The notes under the pieces: model-generated
Database searches by the model: none
What the model saw: only the letters and a program-made list of their open reading frames with translations
What the model was told of the DNA's origin: nothing
From: Balanoglossus misakiensis
Taxonomy: Eukaryota > Animalia > Hemichordata
DNA length: 64,000 bases
Direction of reading: 5' to 3'
NCBI GenBank assembly: GCA_040954595.2
Contig: CM082579.2
Coordinates: 12,525,834 to 12,589,833, forward strand
Shown: piece by piece, positions 63,238 through 64,000 of the stretch
How the letters are laid out: every line of letters begins with the position of its first letter
How positions within the stretch are numbered: the first letter of the stretch is position 1
Translations under genes and position numbers: made by a program

Positions 63238-63558
63238 AAACATATTAACTTTTATTTATATAACATGTATGTTGAACTTCAGTAGAAAAAAAGTTTAACA
63301 TGTCTTTGGTTCAAGAAAGTACTATCTGTCCAGTAGTACAAAATGTACTTCATCAACAGTGAAAACACTTATCGACTACAGAAAAAAAAGTTCAGCATTT
63401 ACTAGAAATTTAAGTAGAAGGTTTTTAGTAGGATAAATATGTGAAATGTTTAGGTTTCAAGAGTACTATCTGTTGAGAGGTGCAACATGTACTTCACCAA
63501 CAATGAGAAAACTTATCAACTACAGAAAAAAATTGTTTCTATTTATTGGAACTTCAGA

Positions 63559-64000
63559 TTATATTTCTTTAAGGTATTTTTATGAGAAAGATACCTTTGT
63601 TACATTTTAAGTTTCAAGAGTACTATCTGTCCAGCAGCACAAAAAGTACTACAGCTACAGGGATAAAAAAATTACTACAGTTTATATTTCTTTAAGGTAT
63701 TTTTATGAGAAAGATACCTTTGTTACATTTAAAGTTTCAAGAGTACTATCTGTCCAGCAGCACAAAAAGTACTACAGCTACAGGGATAAAAAAATTACTA
63801 CAGTTTATATTTTTTTAAGGTATTTTTATGAGAAAGATACCTTTGTTACATTTAAAGTTTCAAGAGTACTATCTGTCCAGCAGCACAAAAAGTACTACAG
63901 CTACAGGGATAAAAAAATTACTACAGTTTATATTTCTTTAAGGTATTTTTATGAGAAAGATACCTTTGTTACATTTAAAGTTTCAAGAGTACTATCTGTC
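63559..64000. repeat. 123-bp tandem satellite running off the window end
   Basis: Units start at 63559, 63682, 63805 and 63928. Degenerate related units lie at 63270-63560. Confidence 0.9.

Noticed and set aside
63031-63285. ORF with YIYIYI run, and similar ORFs at 1524-1859 and 28475-28741
   Set aside because: These are translations of micro- and minisatellites.

Overview
Eukaryotic, AT-rich genomic DNA from an animal. A marine invertebrate is the likely source, but that is an inference from the TE families and one host exon. The window is almost entirely a nested transposable-element graveyard. Only one convincing host coding exon was found: a signal-peptide exon resembling the N-terminus of CACHD1 (VWFA/cache domain protein), coding 34936-35109. 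No later exon of it is visible, so the last ~29 kb is probably a single intron. Main elements: (1) a full-length Ty3/Gypsy LTR retrotransposon (44938-57391; 566-bp LTRs, CAAG TSD, tRNA-Leu PBS, G-GGA-AAC -1 frameshift site) carrying four younger nested insertions; (2) a Gmr1-type Gypsy relic; (3) two Crypton-like tyrosine-recombinase relics and three non-autonomous hairpin-ended elements with the same terminal architecture; (4) Kolobok-type transposase relics and TTAA MITEs; (5) a Helentron-type insertion; (6) an Academ-like transposase relic split by a CR1/L2-group LINE, plus TAG-ended 9-bp-TSD mini-elements; (7) many PIF/Harbinger-type MITEs and several satellites. No rRNA, tRNA or CRISPR array was seen. 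Superfamily names come from termini, TSDs and remembered motifs, not from database searches.
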